In this document: in pieces, positions 11,480 to 25,119 of the stretch
Layout: the number at the start of each line of letters is the position of its first letter
Numbering within the stretch: position 1 is the stretch's first letter
DNA from: the human T2T-CHM13v2.0 reference genome, Homo sapiens
NCBI RefSeq assembly: GCF_009914755.1
Contig: NC_060933.1
Reading direction: 5' to 3' (one strand)
DNA: 64,000 bases
The notes under the pieces: generated by a model
What the model saw: only the letters and a program-made list of their open reading frames with translations
Told to the model about the DNA's origin: nothing
Database searches by the model: none
Program-made: the position numbers and the translations under genes

Positions 11480-11710
11480 TTAGTAGCCAGGTTACCTATG
11501 TGGAATCTCTGCCCCTAACTAACTGTGTGACCTTGGGCAAGCAAGCTAGTTGACTTCTCTGGACTTCATTCACCTTCCTCATGTACAGAGTGATGATGGC
11601 ACAAGTACCTGTATCATAGAGCTGTGTAAATGCTAACAGAACTTGGACATGGAAGGTACTTAAAACTGGACTTGGTATGTAGTAGGTGCTCAACAAACTT
11701 CATTCTTATT
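11480..11710 (+). mobile_element. MIR SINE
   Basis: ACTAACTGTGTGACCTTGGGCAAG...CTTCTCTGGACTTCA...GTAGTAGGTGCTCAACAAAC. Confidence 0.75.
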
Positions 11711-13018
11711 AGACATGATTTTCCAAATATCTCAGTCTTGGCTTTCTGGACTGGGGAACACTTGAAGGTATGAAGAAATCCAACTCTACCTGGGTGCTTC
11801 CTTGGTGATGCTGGGCACTTTCCTTGTGCCAGCATGTTTTGCCTTCACAACTACCCTGAGAAGTGTGTATCGTCGCCTGTACTTCACAAAAGAGAAATCT
11901 GAGTTTCAGAGAGTTGAAATGACTTGGTCTAAAGTCCCACAGGTTCTCAGTGGAGAGAGCCTAGATGTGAACCCAAGTCCTCGTTTCCTCTGTCAGCAGT
12001 CTTTTTGGAGAGAGAAGAAATTATTCACATGCTCTTCCTTAACCTTTCTGTGGAACATTTCCATTCCTTTCTGCATCTCTATGTGTCAACCATATACCTA
12101 CAGATCGAAGACGGTGAGAAATGGATATAAATCTCAACTGAAGCCCTGCATGAGACCTGGCAGATCTGTTTTTCTTTTCACATCAAATTATCAGACAGAC
12201 AGGCTTGGAATTTCTCTTACATGCTGTGTAATTTGAGTCAAGTCACTTCATCCATCTCTTCCTTGGTTTACTTATCTGTAAAGTGGGCATAATGACATCA
12301 GGATAGTTCAATGAAATAAACATGCAAAAAGTACCCAGTGCAGTGTCAACTTGTATTAGAGACTCAGTCAAGGGTAGCCGGATCTAGGAAGTAGCTGCAT
12401 CTCTTTTTCCAGTTTGCGGCTTTGGCTTTCAAAAAGTGGGGCCTGTTTGTAAGGCTTCCCCTCTTGAGTTGCTGGGGAGTCTCTCTAGAGTAGATAATGT
12501 ATCTTGGGGAACAATTAGACTCCTTCAAATACCTTTCTTTCAATTTGATCTTCTCCTCTTTGACATGCTAGGATTACCCCTCTGTAATAAGAGCCAAAGG
12601 AGGCCCAGAACCACTGGGACCTTTAAACAGGAAAACAAGTTAGCATTCAGAGAGAGCAAGCACCTCCAGAAAAGGAAGCCACACAGATCTACTGTCGGCC
12701 TCTTGCTCCTTCCCCAGGTGCTCCTCAAACTCTCACCTTCCGTTGAGCTGCCACTCAGTGAACAAGTAGAAGTGATAAAGGCTGTGAAACCTGGGAAAGC
12801 ACCTCCCATTTTTCCCTGCACAGAGGAAGGCAAAATCAAGGTCCAGAGATATGGAACTCGGGAGTGTGGGTTGTGTATGGCCAGCCTGGACATGAACTCA
12901 GTGATCATCTGGGTCAAACAGCTCACTGTGCAACAGGAAAGTTGAGGACCAGGGTCACACAAAATTAAACTGTATTCACAGATGATCCCCTCTAAATGGT
13001 CTGAGAGATCATTTGGTC

Positions 13019-13174
13019 CAGCACTTCCCATTCCTGGCTGCACCTGGAATAACCAGCTTTTAAAACATCCTTCTGCCCAGGCTGCACCCCAAGGATTCTG
13101 ATGTTGTGGGTCTGGGGTTGGCCTGGGAACGGGTGTTTCCCAAAGCCTTCTCAGGTAATGTTGAAGGACCACTA
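13019..13174. mobile_element. MER5-like hAT-Charlie MITE
   Basis: CCTGGCTGCACCTGGAATAACC...GGATTCTGAT...GGTCTGGGGTTGGCCTGGG...CAGGTAAT...GACCACT resembles MER5A/B. Confidence 0.65.
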
Positions 13175-14412
13175 GTGAAAATAATTACTGATGTAGTCTG
13201 ACATCCTCTTGTTCTGCAGAGGCCCAAAGGGTAAACGATGTTCCCTGCTTACTGAGCTGGGTAGTAGCTAAGCATTTGGGGAAGTTCCGGTGCCCCAGCT
13301 CTGAAGGACCCCTCTTCCATGCTGACTTCCTCTGTTCACTCCAAACCCCTGGGTGCCACAGGTCCTGACATTTCATTTTTTCCAGTGCCATTCCTGTGTG
13401 GAACCATGGTGGTCCCCATCTTTACAGGAGGCACCTGATGTCAAATGAATCTCTCGGAGTTTTGGAGAGAGAAGCCTCTTTGAACAGGAAGGATTATAAG
13501 AAAGGGAAGCTCAGCTCTAAGGCATTCACCATTCACTTTGCCCTGGGCTAGTCCTTTAGAAAGATGTGTGTTCCTATTACTTCAAAACCCCTCACCTTGA
13601 GATCCCTCTGAAACCAGCACTGGCTGCAGGTGTCTCCAATGAGGAGAAGAGAAAATCTCCAGGTACTAGAGGACTCCCTCTATGGGCAACTTGTATCTTA
13701 TCTACCTGTGGCTGAGGGCTCGGGAATCCAGTAGGTATCTATTTCTCTCCGCACCAGCTGCCCCTTCTCTAGAACTTAGTTCCCTTTCCCTAAGGTTCTC
13801 CTAACTTTCTTCTTACTGCAGTAAGAGCTCTGCTTCTTGCCTTGGTGCAGTTACTGGAAATGCTCAACTGTGATTCTGACATCAGCAGCTGAGAACCGAC
13901 TTGTAAGTTCCTTGGCTTGTTTGAAGATCTGTAAGTGGGAATTAGGAGGTCAGCGTTCAGGTCCTGGTTTGGCTTCCTCTAAGCTGTGTGACCTGTGGTC
14001 TCTGACTTAACCACTGGGGCCTCAGGGGAGAGGGTTTGGGGGATGGTTACTCTCAATGTCCCCATCTCATGGGCTGTCATGGGACCAGGTGAGACAATGC
14101 CGGGAGAAGCCGTTGGCTGAGGTCAGACCACAGTGCACGGGTCAGCATGGTTAGGAGGAGCTAGAAAGTGAGAGATGTGAGGGATTAGTGCAATCAAGGT
14201 CATTCCTGGAAAGGTGCTTTTATTATCATCATTCACACTGTAGATGATAAACAGTGATGGAGTTAGCAAACCTTTTCATGCCTGTGACCTCACTGGAGTT
14301 CTTTGATGTTGGGACTTCATAAGTCTGCCAAATCCTGCCACTTACTGCTTTATGACCTTGACCATTTACCGCTTCTCTCTGGACCTCAGTGTTCTCAGGA
14401 TGCAAAAGGAGG

Positions 14413-14479
14413 GTCAGGGGTAAAATAGCGACTTTCGAACTGTCAGGGGTAAAATAGCGACTTTCAAACTTTTCAAACT
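14413..14479 (+). repeat. 29-bp tandem duplication plus a 9-bp extra copy
   Basis: GTCAGGGGTAAAATAGCGACTTTC(G/A)AACT twice, then TTTCAAACT. Confidence 0.95.
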
Positions 14480-14599
14480 TCTGGGACAAGGGTGAAGGGC
14501 AGGACTCTGCCTCTCTCCTTCCCTTCACCTTATTCCACTTAAATTGTGTGATTCTACAAGCTTATGTTTAAAGGAATATGTTCCTCCATTACAAAGAGT

Positions 14600-14935
14600 T
14601 TAAATGGATATGGACTGACATTGAGGAGTTATTGTTAATCTTGATAGGTGTGATATGATATTGTTGTTATGTTTTTTTAAAGATCCTAATTTGTTAGAAA
14701 TGCATACTGAAGTACTTGTGGGTAAAATTATGTTTTGTCTATTTTGTTTGTTTATTTGTTTAAAAAGCTCCAGAAAAAAAAAAAAAAAGGTTCTGGGGGT
14801 AGTGGTTGGTGAGAGATTAGCAAACTGATAACAATTGTTGAAACCAAGTGATTAAACCTTGGAGCTTTAATACATTTTTGTTCATGCTGTGGTGTGTGAT
14901 TGAAGATTTCCATAATAAAAAGTTAAAAATACTAA
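14600..14935 (+). mobile_element. Old L1M (L1MC/L1ME-like) 3' UTR fragment
   Basis: TTAGAAATGCATACTGAAGTA...GATAACAATTGTTGAAAC...TTTCCATAATAAAAAGTTAAAA. Confidence 0.65.
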
Positions 14936-15559
14936 AAGTGTTTGAGAGCCACAGGAGGAAGTGAAGTCTCAGTTCCCTGCGTGTTCTGTGACCTGAAAGG
15001 TTTGCAAATACGGAGACCACCGTTTAGAGAGGGTTAGGGACTCCCCCAAGGTCGCACAAAGATTAGCTGAAAGTCGTGACACAGCCCAGGCTTCAGATCT
15101 GAGGAGCTCCCCATCCCCTCCTCTCTGTACACTTGCAAACTCAAGTGAAAATGATTATCCAGGGAGAACTCGAGGGGAATAAAAGTGATGAGGGGAGCCT
15201 TAGGAGGAGCATGGAGAAGGGGCAAGTGGAGGCTTGCTCTGCAATAAGAAGCTTTTGAGTGAGAAAATTATTTGCTGTATGGGACTGCCCTACATATTGT
15301 GAAATGTTTAGCATCTTTGGCCCTGTTTATGAGAATTTCATGGGATCTGTTAGTGATTGTGACAGGCCCAGAAGTATTGTGACGATACACACACACATAC
15401 TCATATACTCACAGGTCCACATACCCTTAGTTCTCGTTTTTCTGGTTCCTTATTTCTCTCCATCCCTAACTACCTGGAGAGCAATTCTAGAGCCTTCTAG
15501 AGGCCTGGGGCAGTGACCTGCAGGAGCATATGTTTACTGAGGAAGTATTTTGCAATGGT

Positions 15560-15805
15560 TGATCACAGGACTCAGGAATCAAACTGCCTGGTCAAACCCT
15601 GACTATTGCACCTGCTGGTTGTGTGACCTTGGGCAAGTTACTTAGTATCTCCAAGCTTCACTTTTCCCCTCTGTAAAGTGCAGATAATACTAGCTGTTAC
15701 TTCATAGGGTTGTTTTGAAGATTAACTGGGCCTCCATGTGGAAAATGCTTAGTAATGGAATCTAGACCATGCGGTAACCCAGCAAACGTTAACTCATATC
15801 AGTAT
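15560..15805 (+). mobile_element. MIR SINE
   Basis: GGTTGTGTGACCTTGGGCAAGTTACTTAG...CTGTAAAGTG...CATAGGGTTGTTTTGAAGATTAA. Confidence 0.8.
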
Positions 15806-16109
15806 TATGTGTGCCAGCCATTGCCACGCATTATTTCTAATAATCTCAATAACTCTAGGAGTTAGACATACTTATCTCTTTTGGCAAAGCCAGGAATTGC
15901 CTTTTCCTCCCTTACAACTCAGGAAAGAGTTATTGCTGTCATCTTAACATAGAAAAATTAAAAATTTAAACAACTAAAATGAAAGGCTAACAAGATAAAC
16001 ACATTATTGTGTCATTTAAAAAAAAATAGTGCATGCTCATTGTAAAAAAAAATCTCAGAAATGCAGACAAAGAACAAGAGACCAGGTCAAATTTGTCTAT
16101 TTCCTGCCC

Positions 16110-16470
16110 AAGCATGCAACAACTATTTTTTGAGTTTCTGCTCTGTGCTGGGTACAGTTTTAGGCCTTGAGGACAGACCAGTCAACAAAAGAGAGAAACA
16201 TCTCCGCCCTCAGGGAGTTTATATTCTGGGCAGTGGGTGTTGGGGAGAAGGTGGAGACAGACTATAAATGAATAAGCATATATATCCCATAATGTCAGGT
16301 GAATGTTTGTAAAGAAAAAGTTGAGAAGGAAGTCTAGGAATGCTGTGTGGGAGTGGGGATGCAGGAGGAGAGAGGAGTGGGATATGAAAAGAGTGGTCAA
16401 GGGAGGCCATCATCAGAGTAGCTTTGAAGAAGAGACCTATGAGCAGGCCTGAGGCTCTCTGGAGAAGGCC
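16110..16470 (-). mobile_element. L2 LINE 3' fragment
   Basis: CAACAACTATTTTTTGAGTTTCTGCTCTGTGCTGGGTACAGTTTTAGG...GCCCTCAGGGAGTTTATATTCT...GGTCAAGGGAGGCC. Confidence 0.7.
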
Positions 16471-16734
16471 ATGGTGTATCGCAAAAGGAGGAGCAATGCT
16501 TTGAGCTAGGAGATGTCAGTTCTAGCACTAGTTTGCTGTGTGACTTTAGGCAAGTCACTCTCCCTCTCAGAACCAGTTTTCACATCTGAACTTTGTGGTA
16601 CTGTAGGGATTATTTGCACTAAAGACACTTCTACAGACACTTCCTAGGATTCTATAATCCTCATCAAGGCTGTCCTCAGACAAAACTGTGAAGTTGGCAA
16701 TAGTTCCAGTTTTCTTCCTTTTCTGGTGTATTTT

Positions 16735-16753
16735 CCTCCACTAGGTGGTGCCT
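16735..16753 (+). promoter_or_regulatory. Candidate CTCF motif
   Basis: CCTCCACTAGGTGGTGCC closely matches the CTCF core CCACYAGRKGGCRS. Confidence 0.5.
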
Positions 16754-18299
16754 GTGCCTGTCACCCTCAGGGGCCAAGTGTGGACACATTTTCGGCTTCC
16801 ACACCTCAGCAACACTGGGGAAAAAAGAAGATGGTACACCTTCTTGCTAAGTACCATTGACTGGTAACAACTTGGAATGTTACTGCTCCATTGGTGGATA
16901 CTCTTTTAGGACTTCCCAGAAAGCTTTGTGTCACAAAGCAATGTAACAGTGGTAGAATTTCTAAGACTGACTGAAGACATTATTTGGGGAATATTGGTAC
17001 TTCCTGATAGCTGGAATCCATCCTATTAATAATATAACTAATTCTAGCCCCCACAAATATCCAGAAAACTTGCTGAGTGACTCCCAGTCATCACTTACTG
17101 GGTGAATGCTAGCATGTTCATATTTTGTAATTTCTTAGGATATAAAGGCCATTCCAGACAAATTCCTGGACTTTGGAATAGACCACCGGCCTTGTAGTAT
17201 TGCTTATCATTTTAATCAGATAACTCAGTGAATTAAAATACCAAAACTCTGGAGTCTGTCATCATTTTCCAGACTATTTTCCTTCAGAGGATCCCTGGAA
17301 CTGTCATCTCTGAAGTATATCCAGCTTCCTCTCAACTCCCTCCTTCTTCTCTCTCTTCCTACTCCTCATACCCAGCTTATTTGCTTTGACCACTTGGATT
17401 TTTCTCCAAACAAGATAAAGAAAATGTGTTTGTTTTTTGGTATTATTTGCCACAAACCCAGGGTCCACAGAACTTGGAAGAATATAAGAGGTTCCCCTCT
17501 TCTACTTTAGATTGTAGAGAACCCTGGTCAGGTCTCAGATTCCAACCCACTTGGAGGAAGCTAAGACATAAAAGCTGGTCAGTAACAACTTGGAATATCG
17601 AAGTATGTGAGTAGGGGCAGCGTACCACTAGTTGCTGAGACCTGTTATAGCCTTGTGTGTTTAGGAAGCCAGTGGTCCAACCTGTACCTATTATCCTTGT
17701 AATCAAGAAGTCATTCCTATGCCTGTCCCGTATCCATTCCTGTTGCTCTATGAATCTGAAAGGTGGCTCGGCAGAATGTGGCCAAATGCATTTATATGGA
17801 GGGGGTTATTTTCCCCAGTGTGACTGCAGATCTTTCAGCTCAGAGGCTGATGAATGAAGAGAGAAGGCTGTGTTAATAGGCTAATCTTAAGATGCAAGGC
17901 ACCCAGGCAGAAAACATAAAACATTGATAAATGTGATACTCAGTTTTGTGAAGTAAACTTCATTTAAGTCCAAAGAAACAAGGTGTGTCAAAGTCCAAGG
18001 ACTCATCCAAGCCATTTATTTCATAGATGAGGGACTGAGGGTTGATGAGGAAAGTGGCTTATCCAAGTCAGTGACCAAGCTGGGTAAAGACGAGTACCAT
18101 TGACTGATAACATCTTAAAATGTTACTCTTCCACTGGTAAATACTCTTGCATGACTGCCCAAAAGCTTTGTGTCACAAAGCAAACAACTTAGAATGTTAC
18201 TTCTACATTGGTAGATCCTCCATTGGTAGATACTTTAAAGTCTTAAGCCAGGTCTGGGTCCACTTGTCTCCTGACTTTACACCCTTTCCCATAGATTAA

Positions 18300-19090
18300 T
18301 TACCCATCTGTCTACTAATGGTCGTTATTTGTCCAGACTCCACTGGGCTCCAGACTCACAGATCCACCTGTCTACTGGAAATGTTAGCACATTCTACAAA
18401 CTCCACACTTCCGAAACAATCATCTTTCCTCCAAAATTCCTTGCATCCTCATCTTGGTTGGTGTCACCCACTCTACATTACATCATCTACCATATTCAAT
18501 CAGTCATCAATTCCTGACTCTCCTGCTTCCTTATAATGTTTATAGACAAACTCTCTTCTCTGTACCTTAAATCCTCTTTATTTCTTGCTGTGACTATTTC
18601 CTTAGTATTATAATGCCCACTTCTCTGAAATTCAATCCCTGCACCCCCTTCAACCTGCCCACCAACATCCAACAGTCACATCTGTCCAGAATGCAAATCT
18701 GACTCTGTCACCTCTAGCTGAAAGCTCTTCAATAAAATCTGAATTATTTGAAATTCCCCCAAATGCACCTGGTTCTTTAATTATCACTTTTTTTACTTGG
18801 CTTATCTTCTATTTCCAGTGCACCATTTTGCAGAATGTTTATGCCTTCCCAGGATTTTGCCAGAGTTTTCTCTCTTCTGAGAAGCCCTTCATAACTTCCC
18901 CAAAGTGTAACTTGTTCCCTACCTTGTTCATCTGTTCCCACTATGCTTTCTGCACACTTTTATCAAAATACCTGGAATTATGACATTTAATTGTGTACAT
19001 ATTTGAGATCTTATCCATCTCAAGTTCTCTATTGCCTAGCTCAGTATCTGACCTATAAAGGGGCTATATGTATTTTTGTTTAATAAATGG
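18300..19090 (+). mobile_element. L2 LINE fragment(s)
   Basis: CTCCAGACTCACAGATCCACCTGTCTACTGGA...AATGCAAATCTGACTCTGTCAC...GCCTAGCTCAGTATCTGAC...TTTGTTTAATAAATG. Confidence 0.6.
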
Positions 19091-20213
19091 ATAACTGGAT
19101 AAGAGAACCAGTTTAATATCTAATGATTCTGGGAGAAAGAGCTCAGGAACCTTAGGCATGTTGCATTACGTAACCAAAGCACATGACCTAGCATGTGCAT
19201 CACTGTCAGAAACATTACACAGTGGTTAATTCCATTTACCCCTGAGCAAAGAAGTCAGAAGGGAAAAGAAATCTGGCCTTCCAAAACAGAAGGGGAAGGG
19301 GAATAGTATATTTAAGGGCCTTCTCAGCTCACATTGGGCTTTCTAATCCAAGCCATATTTTGGCCTTGGTCTTCGCCTCTCAGCCCTGTGCCTGTTTGCA
19401 AAGCATTTGTTTTGTGTGTGCACGGCAGCACATAATCTTAAGCTTTGCTTGCCTCTCAAATTTCCCTCTCTCCCCCTTATCAGTGTCCTTCTGAGCCTCA
19501 AGTGTCCTGGCAGTCATATCTGTTGCTTCAGTCTTCACCCATTTCCCTCCTTTCTGTTAATGGGGCTTTCTATCTGCTTTCCTTGATTTTCCTTGATCTT
19601 GTGAGACCTTGTGATGACCTCAGGATCTGGAATTCTCTATCCGCTGTTTATATACCCCTAGGAGAGAAGACACATTCTCAGCAGTAATAACAGTAATGAA
19701 AGCAGCTAGCTTATAATAAGCACTTACTATGTGCTGGCACTATGCTGAATGCTACACTTTGAACACTCTGAAACTGGGTTATAAAGTTGCATGACTCCCT
19801 GAAGTACCAATTGCTAATGGGTGATGAAACTGGAATTCTCATCCACACCAGTTTAATTTTATCTCTCTTCATCCTCAAGGCCTGACACATTGCTTGGAAC
19901 ACCGCAATTACTCTGTAAATGTACCATGAGAGAATGAATATATGAATGACTGAATGAATGAATGGTGGTGCCCCCCAGTGGCTAATGCAAACATTTGAAG
20001 AATGTAGAATGGAAAGGTAAAGAAGGAAGAGAGGGAGGGATAGAGGAAGAAATAGAGGAAAAATCTGAATGAACATTATAAGATTTCAAAAAGATTGGCT
20101 AAGAAATCTCAGATATGCAAAGTATATTTTATTTGCAGGTGATTTTCAAACATAAAGACATTTTACATCCATTAGAGCATTTCCCACCTTTAACTAGTCC
20201 TTTAGGAGATATA

Positions 20214-20536
20214 CAGTTGTCCCTCAGTGTCCACAGGGGATTGGTTCGAGGACCAACTCCCTCAATGCCAAAATCTGAGGTTGCTCAAGTCCCCAACATA
20301 AAATGGCATAGTGTTTGTGAATAACCCACACACATCCTCTCATATACTTTGAATCATTTCTTGGTTATTTATAATACATAATCCAATGTTAATGCTATAC
20401 AAATAGTTGTAATGTGGTATTGTTTTATTTGTATTATTTTTATTAAGTATTATATTTTAATTTATTCTGAAATATTTTCAATCTGAATTTGGTTGAATCC
20501 ACAGATGCAGAGGCTACAGATAAGGAGGACCAATTG
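20214..20536. mobile_element. MER2 (TcMar-Tigger MITE)
   Basis: TA|CAGTTGTCCCTCAGTGTCCACAGGGGATTGGTTC...GGTTGAATCCACAGATGCAGA...GACCAATTG, with terminal inverted repeats and an AT-rich core. Confidence 0.85.
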
Positions 20537-22304
20537 TGCACTTATTTCAAAGATACTCTGTTTGCCAAAAATGTTTTTGGATTCTTGTTTTGAGAATCAG
20601 TGCCTGGGACATGTTTCCCCAGATATGCTCAATGGAGCCTCCTTGTCATCCTCTGATGAGGGGCCCTGATGCATTCTCAGGCAAATCTTGGAATTATGTG
20701 GGTGACCATGCTGAGTGAATATGGGGTTTTGAATAGAACAGTGACTCTGGAGTAACAAGGCTGATTTTTGGGTGACTATCATCAGAGCTGATTAAGCCTT
20801 GATAGAGCCAATATTAAGCTCTCAGGATGACCCCTTTACAGAAAAGCCCCTCAAAAGGCTGATTTAATCTGCTAAAAACAAATGCAATATCTTGACCTTC
20901 CCTTTCCCAAATTCTAAAGCTGGAGTAACAGAAACTGCCTTATCAAATCTGCTCAGTTTACTGACTGAGAAACTGAGATCCATGGATGTTTACCTGCTAA
21001 ATTAAGCTAAGCTAAGTGAGTAAGGTTAAGCAGCAAATTGGCAGTAAAATTGAAACTAAAATTTAGATCTGTTGACTTCCACATCAGTGCTCTTTCCATT
21101 GGGTCACTTTATTTTCCTTTACAGTGTGGGGTGATAGTTATAACTATGGGTTTATATTAGTAAGATTATTAGAAAGCATCATACAGCTGTTTAATAACTT
21201 TTTTAAAGAACTTCTTATGTGCCAATCTGCTGTCCTAGACATTCTTTAAGATTCAATGAGAAATGAAAGTTTATTAGGAAAGGTAAATGTTCCTTCATTT
21301 CTTCCTTCTTTCTAACCATTCACCCTTCTATTTCATATGTAGTTATTCAGCAATTTTTATATATTATACATTGAGTTAGGAGATAAGAATTAAAAAGAAG
21401 AACAAGGCATAGTTCCATGCCTTGAGGAACTCCCAGTCCTAGTGGTGGAAGCAGACTGGTAAACAGATAGATGACATCATGGTAACTGCTATAACTAAGC
21501 AATTAACAGAGTCCTGGGGAAGCACAGAGCAGAAACACTATGTTATGAAACACCCATGTTTATCATGAGAGTGAAAAAGTGCTCTGAAATTTCAAAGGCA
21601 TAAGTGATCTTTTCCACCTGGAAGGATTGGGGACTTGTTCATGAAGTGAATGTGTATGTATGTAGAGTGTGCGCTCTGCCTTGTGTGGGGGTATAGTCAT
21701 GTATGTAATTTTAAACATATAGCCATAAATCAAATGAGAACAATCAACACTTCTGGATTCATGCCTCAGCTGTAGATACTTACCCAGAGTATCTTTTAGG
21801 AGTATGGTGTTAGGAAATTATTGGACAATTCAATATCCATCACCATCTGCATCAAGCCAATGCAACTCCTTATCTTCCCTCCTCATAGCATTTATCACAC
21901 TCTATTGTGATTTCCTTGGTATCTGTCTGTTTCTCCCCAATTGTCTCTGAGCTCCTTGGAGCAGAGACCATTTTGGTCTTCATCTTTGCATTATTCCTTT
22001 TACTTCGCACAATACTAGTCATGTCGGTGAGGGCTGGCTAAACAATGTTAAATGAACGAACAGATTAGAGATGGCTCCAAATAAGGAATAACATAAGGTG
22101 ATTGAATGTGAGTGCTGTGAAGAAAAGGTGCTTTGAGAATTAATAGCATAGGCCTTAGAAAGACCAAAGAGTGAAGGCAGACACATTGTGAGTGGCATTG
22201 ACTGTGAGATATGGCCCTGGTCTCTCTGAGCTAACCAGTTACCTATTGAAATGTATATGCTTATCATCTTTCCCTATCTCTCTTCCTCTCTTTCTTTCCA
22301 GTGA

Positions 22305-22731
<427 letters not shown>

Positions 22732-23599
22732 CTAGGTGGAATTGTAAGGGATGTGTCCATGCTCCTCCTGCAATCTTCACCTAGAATATAAGAGGATGAG
22801 GATGGCACACTAGATTTTTTTTTTTTATCTAGTGTGCCAGGAAGTTATCAGAGAGCTTCAAACAATGGAGTTACTGGATCTGGTTTATGGTTTCCAAAGA
22901 TCACTCTGACTACTATGTGTAGAATGGATTGCATGAGGCCAAGAGTGGGGTCTCAGTTACAACAGCATCATGATCGATTGCTGATGTTATGACTTAGTAT
23001 TTTGGTTAATATAATTATCATTTATTTCCTTATGAATACGAGTACCAAGTGAAATACCAGAATAGCACTCCTATTTTAGATCAACGAGGATAGGGGAGTT
23101 TTTGCACTTGGGTTCAGAAGTACTTGATTTGTAAACCCCAAGACATTTTCTGTAAAAATTTGAGGTTGTGCATATTTTTCTGGAGTCAAAGTTCTTCTTA
23201 GTTGCTTAAAGGGATATATGTCCCCCAAATGGTGACTTACATGCTGAAAAACTGGGGGCATACCAGGTCATTTCCTGAAGCTTGTTCCCAGCTCTAAAAT
23301 ATGAACACTATAGGGGATCTGTGATAATGAGAATGTTGATGTTGAGTTGTCATATCAGACTGAGCAATTGCACTTTCCTTCATCTGTACCCTTGTTGGAG
23401 TAAATAGAATTTGGACCTTTTTTTCCTCTGAGGAAGAATTAGTTTATTTCTTAGAAATATAATCTACAACTTTGTTTATTCAAACTCTGCTTTCTGAGTT
23501 TCTCTGAGTTTTTAAATAGGCAAGTACACTTCAAATGTGGTCTGAAGTGGTCCTGCCCATAAGTATTCACTGTGGACTTTGACCATGAAGCCACAAATC

Positions 23600-23862
23600 C
23601 AGCCACCTATCCACCCTTCCATCAATCTACTCTTCCATCCATTACCCATCTATTAACTCTCCTTCCCTCCCTTTCTTCCTTCCTCCCTACCCCCTTATCT
23701 CCCCCCACTCCCTCCCTCTCTTCCTTCTTTCCTTCCATCCACCCTTCCATCAATCCATCCCCTTTCATCCCCATTCATTCCCTAATCCATCCACCCTTCT
23801 TTTCTGCTATCCATCCATCTATCCATCCATCCATTCATCTGTCCATCCATCCTTCCATTCTT
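23600..23862 (+). repeat. (CCAT)n/(CCTT)n low-complexity tract
   Basis: Repeated CCATCCATCC and CT-rich runs. Confidence 0.85.
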
Positions 23863-25119
23863 GGATAAATGTAATCTTCCATTTACCAGGCTTTGTGCTA
23901 GGACTGGAGGAAGAGTTAGGAGGTTCCAATTCTTGTTTTTATGCCGCTGTGAGTTCTTAAAAAAAAAAAATCCCCTGAGACATCTTCACCGAACCTTATG
24001 CTTCCACATAGTAGAGTGTGAAAACCACTCATTGAAAACTAATTTGAAAAGTTAAAGTGTTCTGCCTGCATAGTTCTATCATATAAATATTCCTGGTAGT
24101 GCTCTGAGTCTGGATCTAGACTACCAGAGGCTCCTTTATCAACAGTAATATTTTAGATCAATAACAGTTTCTACCCTTAGGTTAGCAGGTACTGGAAAAA
24201 CAATAGGAAGTTTGAAATGGAAGCCTTTCTTTGGGAAAGGGCAGGCTTAGGTGAGACCAGAGAAGGGAGCTGCTAGTCACTTAGCCTCTGGGACTCTTTT
24301 TTCCCACAGCCTCCCAAAGCCCTTGTTTAGTGATGCTGAGCCTTCACATTCTGTGTATGCCTCTGGATGTATGATGTAGCAGAATGCCCTTGTGGCATGG
24401 GGTTGTTTCAGTTTCCAAAGCATTTTCGACATCTACCTATCATATTCCCACTCGCCTTGTAAAACAAGCATTTTCATTTAATACAGTGAGGTCTTTGTAT
24501 TCTCAACAACAAACACATGGTCCAAGGCTCTAGGACACAACCTGCCTTTTTCTCCAACCCCCACTTTCAACCCCCCCACCACTCTGTCCACCCTTACAAA
24601 GCCCAGTGTTAGCAGAAATATCTGTTTACAAACAAGTGTTCCAAAAGAACAGTATCAGTAGCTCAAACAAGCCTCTGAAACATGCCTCTGATTCTATACT
24701 TGGAATCCCTGTGAACAGTGGGTATCACTGGCAGCAGCTTTCATGGAAGGCTTCCTGCCTTTCCATCCTTCCGTCTGTCCTCATGTCTGACTTTCTCTGT
24801 CTCCTTCCCCTTATTCATTGAAACCATGGGGAGGCTGAACTGGAGAGGCAGTCAGATGCTGGCCTGGGCATTATGGATATCTAGGAGACAAAGCCCAGAC
24901 AGGGAGTTGCTTGCAGACAGCAAGACAAACCCAAACACATCCGCCTGCAGTGTTATCTGAAGCAGAAGCTGATTGAAGAAGGATTATTAATTGGGTGGAT
25001 ATAATAGTCACATGATAATCATGCAGCTCTAAGCCTTTTTCTAAGGTTTCATCGACTGAGGAGCTGCTATTGCTGCTCTCTGGAAGTTGAGTCTACTCTA
25101 GCTCCCTATTACCTATGCA

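Noticed and set aside
12436-13172. Overlapping 169-aa (+) and 210-aa (-) ORFs
   Set aside because: Non-ATG starts, the - ORF begins in a MER5-like repeat, no recognisable homology or exon structure; chance ORFs are plausible, and PhyloCSF or Ribo-seq could overturn this
15255-15370. Possible third MER20-like fragment
   Set aside because: Only a short degenerate similarity; the family cannot be assigned by eye
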